DNA of 64,000 bases, from positions 1-64,000 of IMG/VR virus record IMGVR_UViG_3300017605_000706; one strand, written 5' to 3'. The position numbers were made by a program, and so were the translations under genes. Of this stretch, positions 28,952 to 37,849 are shown in pieces (the stretch's first letter is position 1; each line of letters begins with the position of its first letter). Source of the DNA: a virus. The notes under the pieces were generated by a model that did no database searches, was not told the origin of the DNA, and saw only the letters and a list, made by a program, of their open reading frames with translations.

Positions 28952-29860
28952 ATGACTGACGCCGAAGCGGCTGCGATCCTCAAGTCGACGACCGATAACG
29001 TCGAGGCGATGTACAATACTCTTGTACAAACCAGCCGTTCCGCGTCGATTTTGCTCCAAAACGACAAGGCGTACTGCAACGAGCTGCGGCAGTACAACCT
29101 ATACGCCATGGGTACGTACCAGTGGCAGCTCTCGATGATTCAGAGCGCCAAGGCGTTGGGCGTTCAGAACGTTCCTGCCGCGCCTAAGTTCCCGACACTA
29201 TTCAAAATCGCCGGGCAGTCGGGCCAAGACAGCCTGAACATCCAGTGCAGCAAGCTTTCCGGCCTCGGGGGCCTTAACGACGACGGCACCGTCAAGCGTG
29301 AAGCCATCGAGGTCGTCACATCGGACGCGCAGCTCCTCAACCCGAACGCGCCGGTTCCGACGTTCAACGTCGACCCTAACCAAGTCTTCGCCAAGGTTCC
29401 AGGCCTTGGCATCGAGCCGATCACGGTCGTCGTGATCGTCCTCGTAGGCGTCCTGATCACGATTGGCCTAGCCTACGCTATCAAGTTTGTTGAGGCACTT
29501 ACGGGTCAGGGCATTGAGAAAGAGCGCACGCAGCAGGCGAAGCTTCAGATCGCCGCGTTCAACAGTACGATCACAGCGCGGTCCGACTGCTTCAACAAGT
29601 GCCTGCAGACGGGCCAACCCGCCTCGGACTGCGCGAAGACTTGCGAAGCGGCCTTCAAGGCCGACATTCCGAGCATACCTGGCGGCTATACTACGATGTC
29701 CGTCATCGGCGTAGCTGCTGTCGCGATCGGCGCCTTCTGGCTGTGGGGCAAGCGCAAGAAGATCGCAGGCGCCGGTCGACGGTTCGTCTCGGACGAAGGC
29801 GACGACGAAGATCCTATCGAGCTGACACGGTCGATGCGCCGCACACGAGGGTACGCTTGA
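28952..29860 (+). CDS. putative virion membrane protein (two TM segments, Cys-rich region)
   Basis: ITVVVIVLVGVLITIGLAYAI; CFNKC/CAKTC; VIGVAAVAIGAFWLWGKRKK. Confidence 0.6.
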   Translation: MTDAEAAAILKSTTDNVEAMYNTLVQTSRSASILLQNDKAYCNELRQYNLYAMGTYQWQLSMIQSAKALGVQNVPAAPKFPTLFKIAGQSGQDSLNIQCSKLSGLGGLNDDGTVKREAIEVVTSDAQLLNPNAPVPTFNVDPNQVFAKVPGLGIEPITVVVIVLVGVLITIGLAYAIKFVEALTGQGIEKERTQQAKLQIAAFNSTITARSDCFNKCLQTGQPASDCAKTCEAAFKADIPSIPGGYTTMSVIGVAAVAIGAFWLWGKRKKIAGAGRRFVSDEGDDEDPIELTRSMRRTRGYA

Positions 29861-29861
29861 G

Positions 29862-30233
29862 ATGAGTCAGATTCCTGAAGACATCGACGCGATTGTTGTC
29901 GTTTTTGTGATGAAGGGCTGCGGCCACTGCGAAGACTACCTGCCGACGTTCAGGCAGGTAGCCCGTAACTGGAATCGTACCGTGCCTGCGTACGAGATCC
30001 GCGTCGATAAGATGACAGAAGAGCAGACGCGCTTCGCCGACCGCATGAAAATTGAAGCGACGCCGACGACGGTAGCCGTCAATCGTCATTCGGGCGGCGC
30101 GATCCGTCTCGAGGGCGCACAGAGTCCTGAAGCGGTAAATTACCTGTTTCAACGGGCGCACGCGCACAATTACGCAGTCGATCAGGCGCGGCGCAAATGG
30201 GCGAAAATGCGCGCTGAAGGGCGTATTAAGTAG
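29862..30233 (+). CDS. thioredoxin-like protein
   Basis: VVVF..GCGHC, I.ATPT cis-Pro motif. Confidence 0.8.
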   Translation: MSQIPEDIDAIVVVFVMKGCGHCEDYLPTFRQVARNWNRTVPAYEIRVDKMTEEQTRFADRMKIEATPTTVAVNRHSGGAIRLEGAQSPEAVNYLFQRAHAHNYAVDQARRKWAKMRAEGRIK

Positions 30234-30670
30234 TGACCACCAAAGACGACATCAAAGGCATCTTCAGACAATGCCTTCCCGCGCAGCTGTACGTGCACAT
30301 TGATGACATTGTCGACCATCGCAAAGTCCTGGTAAGAAGCGAATCAGGCGTCACGCTGGTCGCTGAGCCTGATTGGGTGTACCAAGCGCGTCACTGGCAC
30401 TATTTCGTAGGCCTTTGCAGCGTAGTTTGCGCCACCGACGTCGCGTCGGTCATGTACTGGACGTTCAACGGAGGCGAACAGGGGTTCGCCCAAACGCGCG
30501 TGAATGCTTGTGTCACCGACACAGTGAGTGCGATACGCAGGGGCCTTACATTGATGGAGGCCGAGCCCGCCTCGTTCAGGCATCCCTTGAATCTGCCCGT
30601 TGAGATCTATCGGATTGAAGATCCAGACGCGGCTATCGTCGCAGCAGACACGTACCGGCAGTACCTATGA
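30233..30670 (+). CDS. PWEIH-module family protein (divergent)
   Basis: LNLPVEIYRIEDPDAAIVAADTY. Confidence 0.6.
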   Translation: MTTKDDIKGIFRQCLPAQLYVHIDDIVDHRKVLVRSESGVTLVAEPDWVYQARHWHYFVGLCSVVCATDVASVMYWTFNGGEQGFAQTRVNACVTDTVSAIRRGLTLMEAEPASFRHPLNLPVEIYRIEDPDAAIVAADTYRQYL

Positions 30671-30804
30671 AACTGGTTCCGCTTCTTGTGGCCGCTTTGA
30701 TCATGTTTGGAGTCCCGTGGTTGACGGGTCTCGGGCTAGGGCTCACAAGCGCAACGTCTGCAAAGATAGGCGTCAGCGCGATCCTCGCGAGCTTGTTGGT
30801 CTAC

Positions 30805-31104
30805 TTATCGGTCAAGCCCGCGCGTAGTACCTAGCGCGAATTCATCTTCCATCGCAAACTCATCCACGGACGAAGCTCTGCTAGAGCTTCGCCGGGTAGA
30901 ATTGATCTCGTCGGTGATCTGCTCGAGACGGTCGCCGAGGTCATCCATGCTCGCGTAACACGCCGCCAGCTGGACGTCGATTGACCGGAGCTTGTGGATG
31001 ACTTCTGGTGGAAGGCTTACCTCTACTGGCGGAGGCATCTCATTGAGAGACTTCTCGACCAGAGAGATTAGACGCATAGCGCCAGACGGTAGTTTAGCCA
31101 TCAC
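30805..31104 (-). CDS. coiled-coil protein
   Basis: coupled to 31101..31436. Confidence 0.5.
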   Translation of the reverse strand: MMAKLPSGAMRLISLVEKSLNEMPPPVEVSLPPEVIHKLRSIDVQLAACYASMDDLGDRLEQITDEINSTRRSSSRASSVDEFAMEDEFALGTTRGLDR

Positions 31105-31436
31105 GTACCCCGTTTGCGGTCGCGTTCTACAATGCGCCTGAGAGCCTCAAGCGCTGAGGCAATCTTCTCAGCTAGGGCGTGGTATCTGTCAACCTGGGTC
31201 TGATTGGTCGCGATGTACTTGTCGATCATCGCAGCCATCTCTGCCCTGTGACTAGTTTCACGCTCATCATTGCTGCGCCTGAACTCGTCGATAAGCTTGG
31301 CGACGTCGTTCTTATGCGCGTCCGTGAGTTGGTTGACACGGCGCCATAGGTGGACGACTGCCCAAATCAGGACCAAGCAAAAAGCGCCTAAGACGCCTTG
31401 CGCGAGCCAGAATTTAGCTGAGAGGATTTCGGGCAT
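31101..31436 (-). CDS. holin-like protein (N-terminal TM plus coiled coil)
   Basis: QGVLGAFCLVLIWAVVHLW followed by a coiled coil. Confidence 0.45.
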   Translation of the reverse strand: MPEILSAKFWLAQGVLGAFCLVLIWAVVHLWRRVNQLTDAHKNDVAKLIDEFRRSNDERETSHRAEMAAMIDKYIATNQTQVDRYHALAEKIASALEALRRIVERDRKRGT

Positions 31437-31468
31437 GATACTGAGAGGGCCTCAGGCGCCCTCTTAGA

Positions 31469-31780
31469 TCAGAGATACGCGCGCTGTCTGCGCGCTCGCT
31501 TAGATCCCTTACGTGCGCACTTCGCGAACAGATGCGTTTTCTTGTCGCGGCACTGGTGCGGGTTCCGCTTCCTGGGAAGCTTGCGTCCCGCACAGCGCTG
31601 AGCGGCCGTTACCTTGGCGCCACGCTGGAAGAAGACGATCAGGCAGCCCTTGCCAGAACTCAGCTTGTCGCGTGAGGCCATATCAACAATCGCTTTGTTG
31701 ATACTCACGTTCGACATGCGGTTCTTGGGAGAACGGGCCGCATAGAACTTGTTACCGACCTTGAGCTTCGTGATCGCCAT
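31469..31780 (-). CDS. small basic protein
   Basis: K/R-rich with Cys; AAGGAG RBS. Confidence 0.55.
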   Translation of the reverse strand: MAITKLKVGNKFYAARSPKNRMSNVSINKAIVDMASRDKLSSGKGCLIVFFQRGAKVTAAQRCAGRKLPRKRNPHQCRDKKTHLFAKCARKGSKRARRQRAYL

Positions 31781-31872
31781 GGGACTCGGGCTCCTTACTT
31801 TTTCACTGGCGGCCGGATAGGCCGGATGCAACATCCGGGTTTGGACTTGCTCATGGGGGCTACCATACACTA

Positions 31873-31890
31873 GGATCAGGCGCCTGATCC
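31873..31890. promoter_or_regulatory. perfect 18-bp palindrome (GATCA-N6-TGATC class)
   Basis: GGATCAGGCGCCTGATCC abutting ATG 31891 in a divergent intergenic region. Confidence 0.5.
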
Positions 31891-32778
31891 ATGACTTTCT
31901 GTCTACCCAAGTGGTACCCGCTGTATGATTCTCCTGCCTTAAAGAGTTTCATACTCACGTCGGGCTGCTCGATGGGTACGCCCTCCTGCAGCGCAGGCCT
32001 CAGCGCCGGCAATATTAATTGTAATCCCGCGCAGATGGCCGCGCAGGCTGATCAAAAGCTACGCGCGACGGGGTATATGGGCCCCGCAATTACGCTAGAC
32101 GCTTATACTTTAGCGCGATACATCGCGTCCGAAGTCGGTTCTAGTGCGACCCCGGGCGAGAAAGTGGCCGTCGCCGAAGCGGCAGTTAACCGCGCCCGGC
32201 GCTGGAAGCTGTCGATCACAGGGCTTTTGCTCAACCGATCGCCCGCCCCCAATAAGGGCTACTTCGGCCCGATCCACTGCTCGAACCCCGATGGGTCGCT
32301 CGGCGCACCCTACGGACGGTGGGCGGCCACGAGCAAGGACCCGTCCGCGGCCGACGTCATGCTTGCTCTCCTCGTCACGTCAGGGGAGTCGAACAACTTC
32401 TCACGCGGTGCCGATGACCAGTTCGGTCCCGACATCGAGGGCACCAGCTCTCACCCTACAGGGTGGGCGGCTAAGGCAGTCGCGGCGAAGGGCGAGGCCA
32501 ACAACTACTGGGTAGGACCGCTCCCTGGTGTCGACCACTGGAGAACGTTCCTTTTTACTTATAGACCAGATATATCACCTACTTCGGCACAAGGCAAGGC
32601 TTTAATCGCAGCGGGTGTTCAGGCACTGACGAACCGAACCCGACCTAACTGGACCGGGCTTCCGATGTGCTCGACTGGCGTCAACACAGCTGCGATCGCT
32701 GCGCTGGCGACTGCCGGGATTGCTAGTTTTTTTCTGTACCGGTATAGGGATCTCTGGATCAAACACCTGATCCCATGA
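31891..32778 (+). CDS. SleB/Hydrolase_2-like cell wall hydrolase with C-terminal TM
   Basis: LARYIASE...EKVAVAEAAVNR; C-terminal hydrophobic anchor. Confidence 0.6.
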   Translation: MTFCLPKWYPLYDSPALKSFILTSGCSMGTPSCSAGLSAGNINCNPAQMAAQADQKLRATGYMGPAITLDAYTLARYIASEVGSSATPGEKVAVAEAAVNRARRWKLSITGLLLNRSPAPNKGYFGPIHCSNPDGSLGAPYGRWAATSKDPSAADVMLALLVTSGESNNFSRGADDQFGPDIEGTSSHPTGWAAKAVAAKGEANNYWVGPLPGVDHWRTFLFTYRPDISPTSAQGKALIAAGVQALTNRTRPNWTGLPMCSTGVNTAAIAALATAGIASFFLYRYRDLWIKHLIP

Positions 32779-32785
32779 TAGGGTC

Positions 32786-33337
32786 TTGACTATGTACATC
32801 AGTGGCTTCCTTGGCGCAGACGCGACTGCGTACAGTTGCACCAGCACGATCTGTTACGGCGTGGGTACCGTTAACGACGCCGCCGTTCGTGCATTTCAAT
32901 CTGCCATTAATCGCTACGCGTCGAAAGCAGGATTCTCGGCATTCGTTGCCGACGGCAAGATCGGCAATACAACGCTGAGCGCGCTGAAGAAGATTGCAGC
33001 GTGGTTGCCGACGAATTCGTCGGCGAAAGTAGGCGTGGTCAATGCTGCGATCAGCATTCAGACGGCTGCTGCTGCCGCGACTGGTGGTGGCCTGACGTCG
33101 CTGCTGAATTCGTACGCGTCGAGCGTCGGCGCAACCTCGACTACTCCAGCGCCCAAGCCGGCTACGCCAGCGACGAGTACGCTGCCCGCGAGCCAGGTTC
33201 CCGACATCTGGACAAACGCTGCGGCTAGCGCAGGCAGTAGCGGTGGATCGAACACCAAGTGGTACGCACTAGGCGCCGCTGTTCTTGGCGCTGTTGGTTA
33301 TCTGGCGTATCGCAACTACAAGGAAGCCTCGCAGTAA
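32786..33337 (+). CDS. peptidoglycan-binding-domain protein, tail-anchored
   Basis: VRAFQ...ADGKIGNTT; C-terminal TM followed by YRNYK. Confidence 0.6.
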   Translation: MTMYISGFLGADATAYSCTSTICYGVGTVNDAAVRAFQSAINRYASKAGFSAFVADGKIGNTTLSALKKIAAWLPTNSSAKVGVVNAAISIQTAAAAATGGGLTSLLNSYASSVGATSTTPAPKPATPATSTLPASQVPDIWTNAAASAGSSGGSNTKWYALGAAVLGAVGYLAYRNYKEASQ

Positions 33338-33338
33338 G

Positions 33339-33902
33339 ATGCTCGGCTATCTAACCGACAGCGACTTCTACTGCTTCACGAAGGGCTCCATTTTTGCCTG
33401 CCGTGGGCGGAACAAAGACATCAAATATGTCTTTGAGACGCTGCAGTCTGTCGTCAAGCAGGTCATGACGCTCCTCGCGCAGAACGGCAAGCTTGCCGTT
33501 CCCGCGAACCCGTCAGCGATCATCGTCGACGGCGATATCGGCAATACGACCGCGACGGCGACGCAGATCGTCGCCGCTTCGTTCGTCAACAACGCCGAAA
33601 TTCGAAATGCGCTTACGCAGCGGGGTACGAGTATCCCGCCCGAGATCAACTCGATCTTGGACACTTCGCTGAGCGTCCAAGAACTCGTTCAGCGCGTAGC
33701 TGCAGGCGCGGCGGAGATCGCTGGCTTCTTCAAGTACGTCTCGGAGAACTTTCCCGAGATCTCGAGGGAGCCTGTCGTCATTCAAGTTCCTGAGCCGCCT
33801 AGACGCCTCACGCCCATCGGGCTTATCGTCATAGGTGTCGTAGCTCTGATCGGCATTGGATTTCTCGGCGCAGCCGCAGCCCGTTCCAAGGAAGATATCT
33901 AA
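33339..33902 (+). CDS. PG-binding-like protein, tail-anchored
   Basis: LQ...VDGDIGNTT; C-terminal TM. Confidence 0.55.
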   Translation: MLGYLTDSDFYCFTKGSIFACRGRNKDIKYVFETLQSVVKQVMTLLAQNGKLAVPANPSAIIVDGDIGNTTATATQIVAASFVNNAEIRNALTQRGTSIPPEINSILDTSLSVQELVQRVAAGAAEIAGFFKYVSENFPEISREPVVIQVPEPPRRLTPIGLIVIGVVALIGIGFLGAAAARSKEDI

Positions 33903-34579
33903 TGCTTCGCATGACGCTTATGGGTCTCGGTGCGCTATCTCCGCCAGATGAGGCTATTTGGTGGCTCGCGCCTGGCGGCCGTGACAGTTGGCCTGTTGTT
34001 GTAGCGGCGGGTCCGCTGCATCCTGATGTGAATGTACGTACTGACGACACGCGTCACTACTATTACTGGAGCAAATCTTTCTACGATAGCGTAGCTGCGT
34101 CTCTCGCTGCGATCGGACGGTCTCTTGCTACGCAGCCTCCGCCGGACAAGTCGCAAATATCCGAGGACGCTTGGCCACCTCTTTTGAGTCTCGGCAAAGC
34201 TGCCGACGTCAGGACGGCGATCCAACTCGCGCTCGCGAATCCGCTGAAGCCGAGCGCCCCAGCTCCTGCGCCCGCGCCGGTACCGACCTCGCCCGTACCA
34301 CAGGCATCTGTGCCTGCTCCTGCGGTAACACCGACGAATCCGGCAGTGCCTACAGCGCCCGCACCCACAACGCAGGTTACTCCTGCGTCGGCTGCGTCTG
34401 CCATCGTCCAATCAGGTAATCCGGCGCCTGTACAAGCCGTTCAGGCTTCGGCCACGACCGCGATTACGCCCCCCAGCAGCGCTCTTCGTTGGGTCTTGCT
34501 AGGTGTGCTCGCCTTGGGCGGCGCGGGCGCAGGGACGTACTACTTCATCAAGAAAAGAAAGGCTGTCAAGAATGCTTGA
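33902..34579 (+). CDS. Pro/Ala/Thr-rich tail-anchored protein
   Basis: PAPAPVPT linker; WVLLGVLALGGAGAGTYYFIKKRK. Confidence 0.6.
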   Translation: MLRMTLMGLGALSPPDEAIWWLAPGGRDSWPVVVAAGPLHPDVNVRTDDTRHYYYWSKSFYDSVAASLAAIGRSLATQPPPDKSQISEDAWPPLLSLGKAADVRTAIQLALANPLKPSAPAPAPAPVPTSPVPQASVPAPAVTPTNPAVPTAPAPTTQVTPASAASAIVQSGNPAPVQAVQASATTAITPPSSALRWVLLGVLALGGAGAGTYYFIKKRKAVKNA

Positions 34580-34832
34580 AGGAATCAAGGCGCTGCTCAG
34601 CTCTGAGAAAGCCATCGCCGCTGGCGTACTCGTCTTCTTGTCGGGCGTCTTCGTCCTAACAGGTAAGATGACCGTCGACGCTTGGCAAAATTACACGCAG
34701 TGGGTGCTGGGCATCTACGTGACGGGTAAGACCGTTCAGGGTTCGGTCTCTGCATGGGCTAGCACGAAAACGCCTACGTCGCTTGACGGTACCACCGGCG
34801 GATCGACGATGGGCACTGGGAAGGGCGGTTGA
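34572..34832 (+). CDS. small two-TM protein, holin-like
   Basis: two hydrophobic helices. Confidence 0.45.
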   Translation: MLEGIKALLSSEKAIAAGVLVFLSGVFVLTGKMTVDAWQNYTQWVLGIYVTGKTVQGSVSAWASTKTPTSLDGTTGGSTMGTGKGG

Positions 34833-35104
34833 TCGTGGCTAAGCGCAGAACCAAGCCTTCCAAGAATCGCTATTTTTGCTACGCCGTTGCGAACGGAAAG
34901 CTCAAGTGGGTCGCCAACACGACCACGGGCTTCTCCTTTCACAAGGCCCGCGCGAAGCTACTGCGTCCTAGCGAGGCCGCTGATCTGGCCTCCAACCGCG
35001 GAGTACGCTGCAAGATCGCAAAGTACAACGCGCACAAAGGCCAGCTGGGGTACGTCTACACCGGACGTACGCATCAGTGGAAGGCTAAGCGGCGGGGGCG
35101 CTGA
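34829..35104 (+). CDS. basic protein with LGYVY tail
   Basis: ends GQLGYVYTGRTHQWKAKRRGR. Confidence 0.65.
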   Translation: MIVAKRRTKPSKNRYFCYAVANGKLKWVANTTTGFSFHKARAKLLRPSEAADLASNRGVRCKIAKYNAHKGQLGYVYTGRTHQWKAKRRGR

Positions 35105-35107
35105 CCA

Positions 35108-35395
35108 ATGGCCAAGATTAACGTCTGCGGCGTGAAAGTTCCGGCAAGCGGGATGAACACGTATGGCGGTGGCCACATTGCGCCCACCGCGCGCAACCTG
35201 GGCCAATACGCCAAAGTTAGTAAAGCGACGGCGAAGAAGCTCGCTGCTAGCGCAGGCCGCGATCGGCCACCGCGACCTGGCTACGAGATGACGTTGTGTA
35301 ACGGCGTCTATCTTAGCAACAGCGCCGGACGCTTCGAAGTCGTTAGCCGCGGACCCGGCGAAAACTTATTCGGCGTTCGTAGAAGGAGACGTTAG
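35108..35395 (+). CDS. basic protein with poly-Arg tail
   Basis: ends LFGVRRRRR. Confidence 0.6.
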   Translation: MAKINVCGVKVPASGMNTYGGGHIAPTARNLGQYAKVSKATAKKLAASAGRDRPPRPGYEMTLCNGVYLSNSAGRFEVVSRGPGENLFGVRRRRR

Positions 35396-35397
35396 TC

Positions 35398-35625
35398 ATG
35401 GCCAAGCGGCACAAATCCCCAGAATTCAGAACCGGCGACTGCGTCAAGTCGCCGCCTGAGCATCACGACGCTGGTAAAATCGTCGGTCGGGAACGCGATC
35501 TGTACCATGTCATGTTCTTCGGCGCCATGCGCCCCAAACGCTTCAAAGCCTACGAGCTTGTGGCCGCGGCGTGTCCTACGTGGCTTGCCGGCACTAAGCC
35601 TCGTCGCAGACGCCGTAGGCGTTGA
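35398..35625 (+). CDS. basic SH3/KOW-like protein with poly-Arg tail
   Basis: FRTGDCV...GKIVG...YHVMF; ends LAGTKPRRRRRR. Confidence 0.55.
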   Translation: MAKRHKSPEFRTGDCVKSPPEHHDAGKIVGRERDLYHVMFFGAMRPKRFKAYELVAAACPTWLAGTKPRRRRRRR

Positions 35626-35654
35626 TCTCTTCCTGCTTAGCCTAGCTAATCCTT

Positions 35655-36047
35655 ATGAATCCCAGACTCAACTATCTTGCGTGTATCACGGTTTCTGTCG
35701 CGCTCCTGTTGAACGCGTCCTGTTCGAACCCCGAGCAGACTCGTCGCAAGACGGTCGCTGGCGCGTTCAAAGGCGTCAACGCAGCTCGAGACGGTTTCGT
35801 TGCATGGGATCTAGCGCGGCAGGACCAGATCATCGCAGCCGCAACGTCGATCAGCGACGGCGAGGCCAAGCTCAAGAGCTATCGCGAGCACCGTCATATG
35901 GTCGAGCTTGCCTTCGAAGTTGCCTATCGTGGGCTCGCGCTCGCCGCGCTTGAACCGACGATCGCCAATCTCGACAAGGCGCTTACTGGCGTCAACCAGC
36001 TCTACAATCTGATCCAGGGCTTGACCGGAAAGAAGTTGGGACCGTGA
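35655..36047 (+). CDS. putative lipoprotein
   Basis: hydrophobic N-terminus with a lipobox-like LNASC. Confidence 0.5.
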   Translation: MNPRLNYLACITVSVALLLNASCSNPEQTRRKTVAGAFKGVNAARDGFVAWDLARQDQIIAAATSISDGEAKLKSYREHRHMVELAFEVAYRGLALAALEPTIANLDKALTGVNQLYNLIQGLTGKKLGP

Positions 36048-36304
36048 GTACAACCGACGAACTTCTCGATCTCGCCACGGAAGGCTTGTCCGTCATTGCG
36101 CAACTGACGTCCAACGTCGTTGACGACAATGCCGTGCTTGTCATCAAAGCCGTTCGCGCCGTGATCGAAGCATTCGAGAGCCACAAAGCAGGCGCCGTCT
36201 CGTATACCGACGTACTCGATGAGTATGCCAAGCTAGCGAAATCGCTAGAAGCGAACGACACTGCTGCTGACGCAAAGCTCAAAGACAAGTTCCCTTCTAC
36301 GTAA
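36044..36304 (+). CDS. hypothetical helical protein
   Basis: coupled to the lipoprotein gene. Confidence 0.55.
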   Translation: MSTTDELLDLATEGLSVIAQLTSNVVDDNAVLVIKAVRAVIEAFESHKAGAVSYTDVLDEYAKLAKSLEANDTAADAKLKDKFPST

Positions 36305-36308
36305 GAGC

Positions 36309-36350
36309 TTGACTTTCCTATCAGCTTCAGTAGATCATATCTTTGATCTA
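36309..36350 (+). promoter_or_regulatory. TTGACT plus TAGATCA-N6-TGATCTA palindrome
   Basis: directly upstream of the AGGAG RBS of 36365. Confidence 0.5.
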
Positions 36351-36364
36351 GGAGATCCTACCCA

Positions 36365-36775
36365 ATGGCTTCCAAGGCACAGCCTCTCTACAAGCGCTGC
36401 AAGAAGGGCGTCCACAAGTCGGGCGCTAAGAAGGGCCGTCTCATGCAGGGCTATATTTGGCCCGGTGGCGGCAAGTGCCCTGTGAAGGGTGTTGTTGGTG
36501 GCAAGAAGGCAAAGGCTTCGCCCAAGAAGCGTAGCCGTAAGCCGAGCCGTCACAGCGTCGCGTACCGCTCTCAGGCTGCTGCTGCCGGACGCTACGGCGC
36601 AGGCGCCGAAGCGTTCATTCGTCGCATGAAGATGACGAAGTCCAGCGGTGCACGCCCGCCCGCTAGTTACTCGCAGCAGGCTTCTGCACTTCAACGTATC
36701 TACGGCCGTTCGGGTTCGATGTCCGGCGCTAGGCGGTCGCGGCCTGTGCGCGGTCGTCGTCGGCGTCGCCGCTAA
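36365..36775 (+). CDS. Arg/Lys-rich core-like protein
   Basis: GRLMQGYIWPGGGKC resembles 24280; ends MSGARRSRPVRGRRRRRR. Confidence 0.7.
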   Translation: MASKAQPLYKRCKKGVHKSGAKKGRLMQGYIWPGGGKCPVKGVVGGKKAKASPKKRSRKPSRHSVAYRSQAAAAGRYGAGAEAFIRRMKMTKSSGARPPASYSQQASALQRIYGRSGSMSGARRSRPVRGRRRRRR

Positions 36776-36827
36776 ACGTAGACGGCGCTAAACCAAAACC
36801 AACCCAGAAAGAGATAGGTAAACTACC

Positions 36828-37274
36828 ATGGCTATCACGTTCTCGCTCGTCTACGCCTCGCCTCGCCACCTTCGCTACCTGGCTACCAACTCGGGTTCGC
36901 CCCTGGGTGGTACTCAGAACATCCCGAACGACGGCGGCGCGACCCCTGACCTTCTGACCGACATCAACACGCAGGCGTCGGGTTCGCTCCAGAAGATCAT
37001 CACGGCCCGCACCAACGGTATCGGTACCGTCGTTGCTGGCGCGCTGACTCAGGCGCAGGCCCGCGCGATCATGAACGCCGACGGTACGGTTAGCGTCGGT
37101 AACGCGCTCGTTCCCCGTGCCGTTACGACGGTCTCGCCGCGCTCTGGTACCGCTACCTGGGTGATCGACATCAACGTCGACGGCCAGGGCGACCCCGTTG
37201 TTGCCGTGACCTCGTCGGCTGCTGCCGGCGACGCGTACGTCGACATCCAGGCGCTGCACTCGATCCGCGACTGA
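36828..37274 (+). CDS. candidate abundant structural protein (beta-rich, 148 aa)
   Basis: A-rich leader, biased codons (GGT/GCT/ACC), G/A/T/V-rich, followed by a terminator. Confidence 0.6.
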   Translation: MAITFSLVYASPRHLRYLATNSGSPLGGTQNIPNDGGATPDLLTDINTQASGSLQKIITARTNGIGTVVAGALTQAQARAIMNADGTVSVGNALVPRAVTTVSPRSGTATWVIDINVDGQGDPVVAVTSSAAAGDAYVDIQALHSIRD

Positions 37275-37305
37275 TCGGTCTGGCGACCGATTGGCCGATA
37301 CCATC

Positions 37306-37357
37306 GGCCCCGGCCCGTGCTGTACGAAGCCAGCCGGACGGGGCCTCTCTTTTTTTC
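37306..37357 (+). terminator. rho-independent terminator
   Basis: GGCCCCG...CGGGGCC stem followed by TCTCTTTTTTT. Confidence 0.7.
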
Positions 37358-37369
37358 AGGGGGTGAGTC

Positions 37370-37606
37370 GTGGCAAAGCCGAGACGCAGCCGATCAGCTG
37401 CCCAAAAACGACGAATTAAAGAAACGGCTGTGTGCAAGGGTCTGTGGCGTAAGATGCACGGCGCCCAAGCCCCTAAATCCGGCAAGCGCATGATGAAGTT
37501 CATGGCTGAGTGCTTCCAGCATATGGGCACACGCCGAGGCGGTCTCGGCTACGTCTACCAGGGAACGCATCACACCTGGAAAGCCAAGCGCCGCGGAGGA
37601 CGTTGA
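37370..37606 (+). CDS. basic protein with LGYVY tail
   Basis: ends GGLGYVYQGTHHTWKAKRRGGR. Confidence 0.65.
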   Translation: MAKPRRSRSAAQKRRIKETAVCKGLWRKMHGAQAPKSGKRMMKFMAECFQHMGTRRGGLGYVYQGTHHTWKAKRRGGR

Positions 37607-37609
37607 ACA

Positions 37610-37849
37610 ATGTCTAAGGCAATTAGCATTACAGCGCGCGCGGCTATCTCAAACGCGCGCGCAGGTCATTGCAAGGCGGCGAAGCTTCTAAGAGGCGATT
37701 TGAGGCGCCTCCCAAAGAAGACGGCCTCCGACAAGAAGACCGCTAAAATGGCGCGCGTGATCGTCGATCACTTGTGCGGCGGACTCGGCTACGTCTATCA
37801 AGGCACAGCTCAGCGTAGTTGGAAGGCTTCTCGTAGGAAGGGTCGCTGA
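37610..37849 (+). CDS. basic protein with LGYVY tail
   Basis: ends GGLGYVYQGTAQRSWKASRRKGR. Confidence 0.7.
   Translation: MSKAISITARAAISNARAGHCKAAKLLRGDLRRLPKKTASDKKTAKMARVIVDHLCGGLGYVYQGTAQRSWKASRRKGR

Noticed and set aside
35655-36304. Spanin pair
   Set aside because: A lipoprotein plus a helical partner is suggestive, but the partner lacks a clear TM and the order does not fit Rz/Rz1
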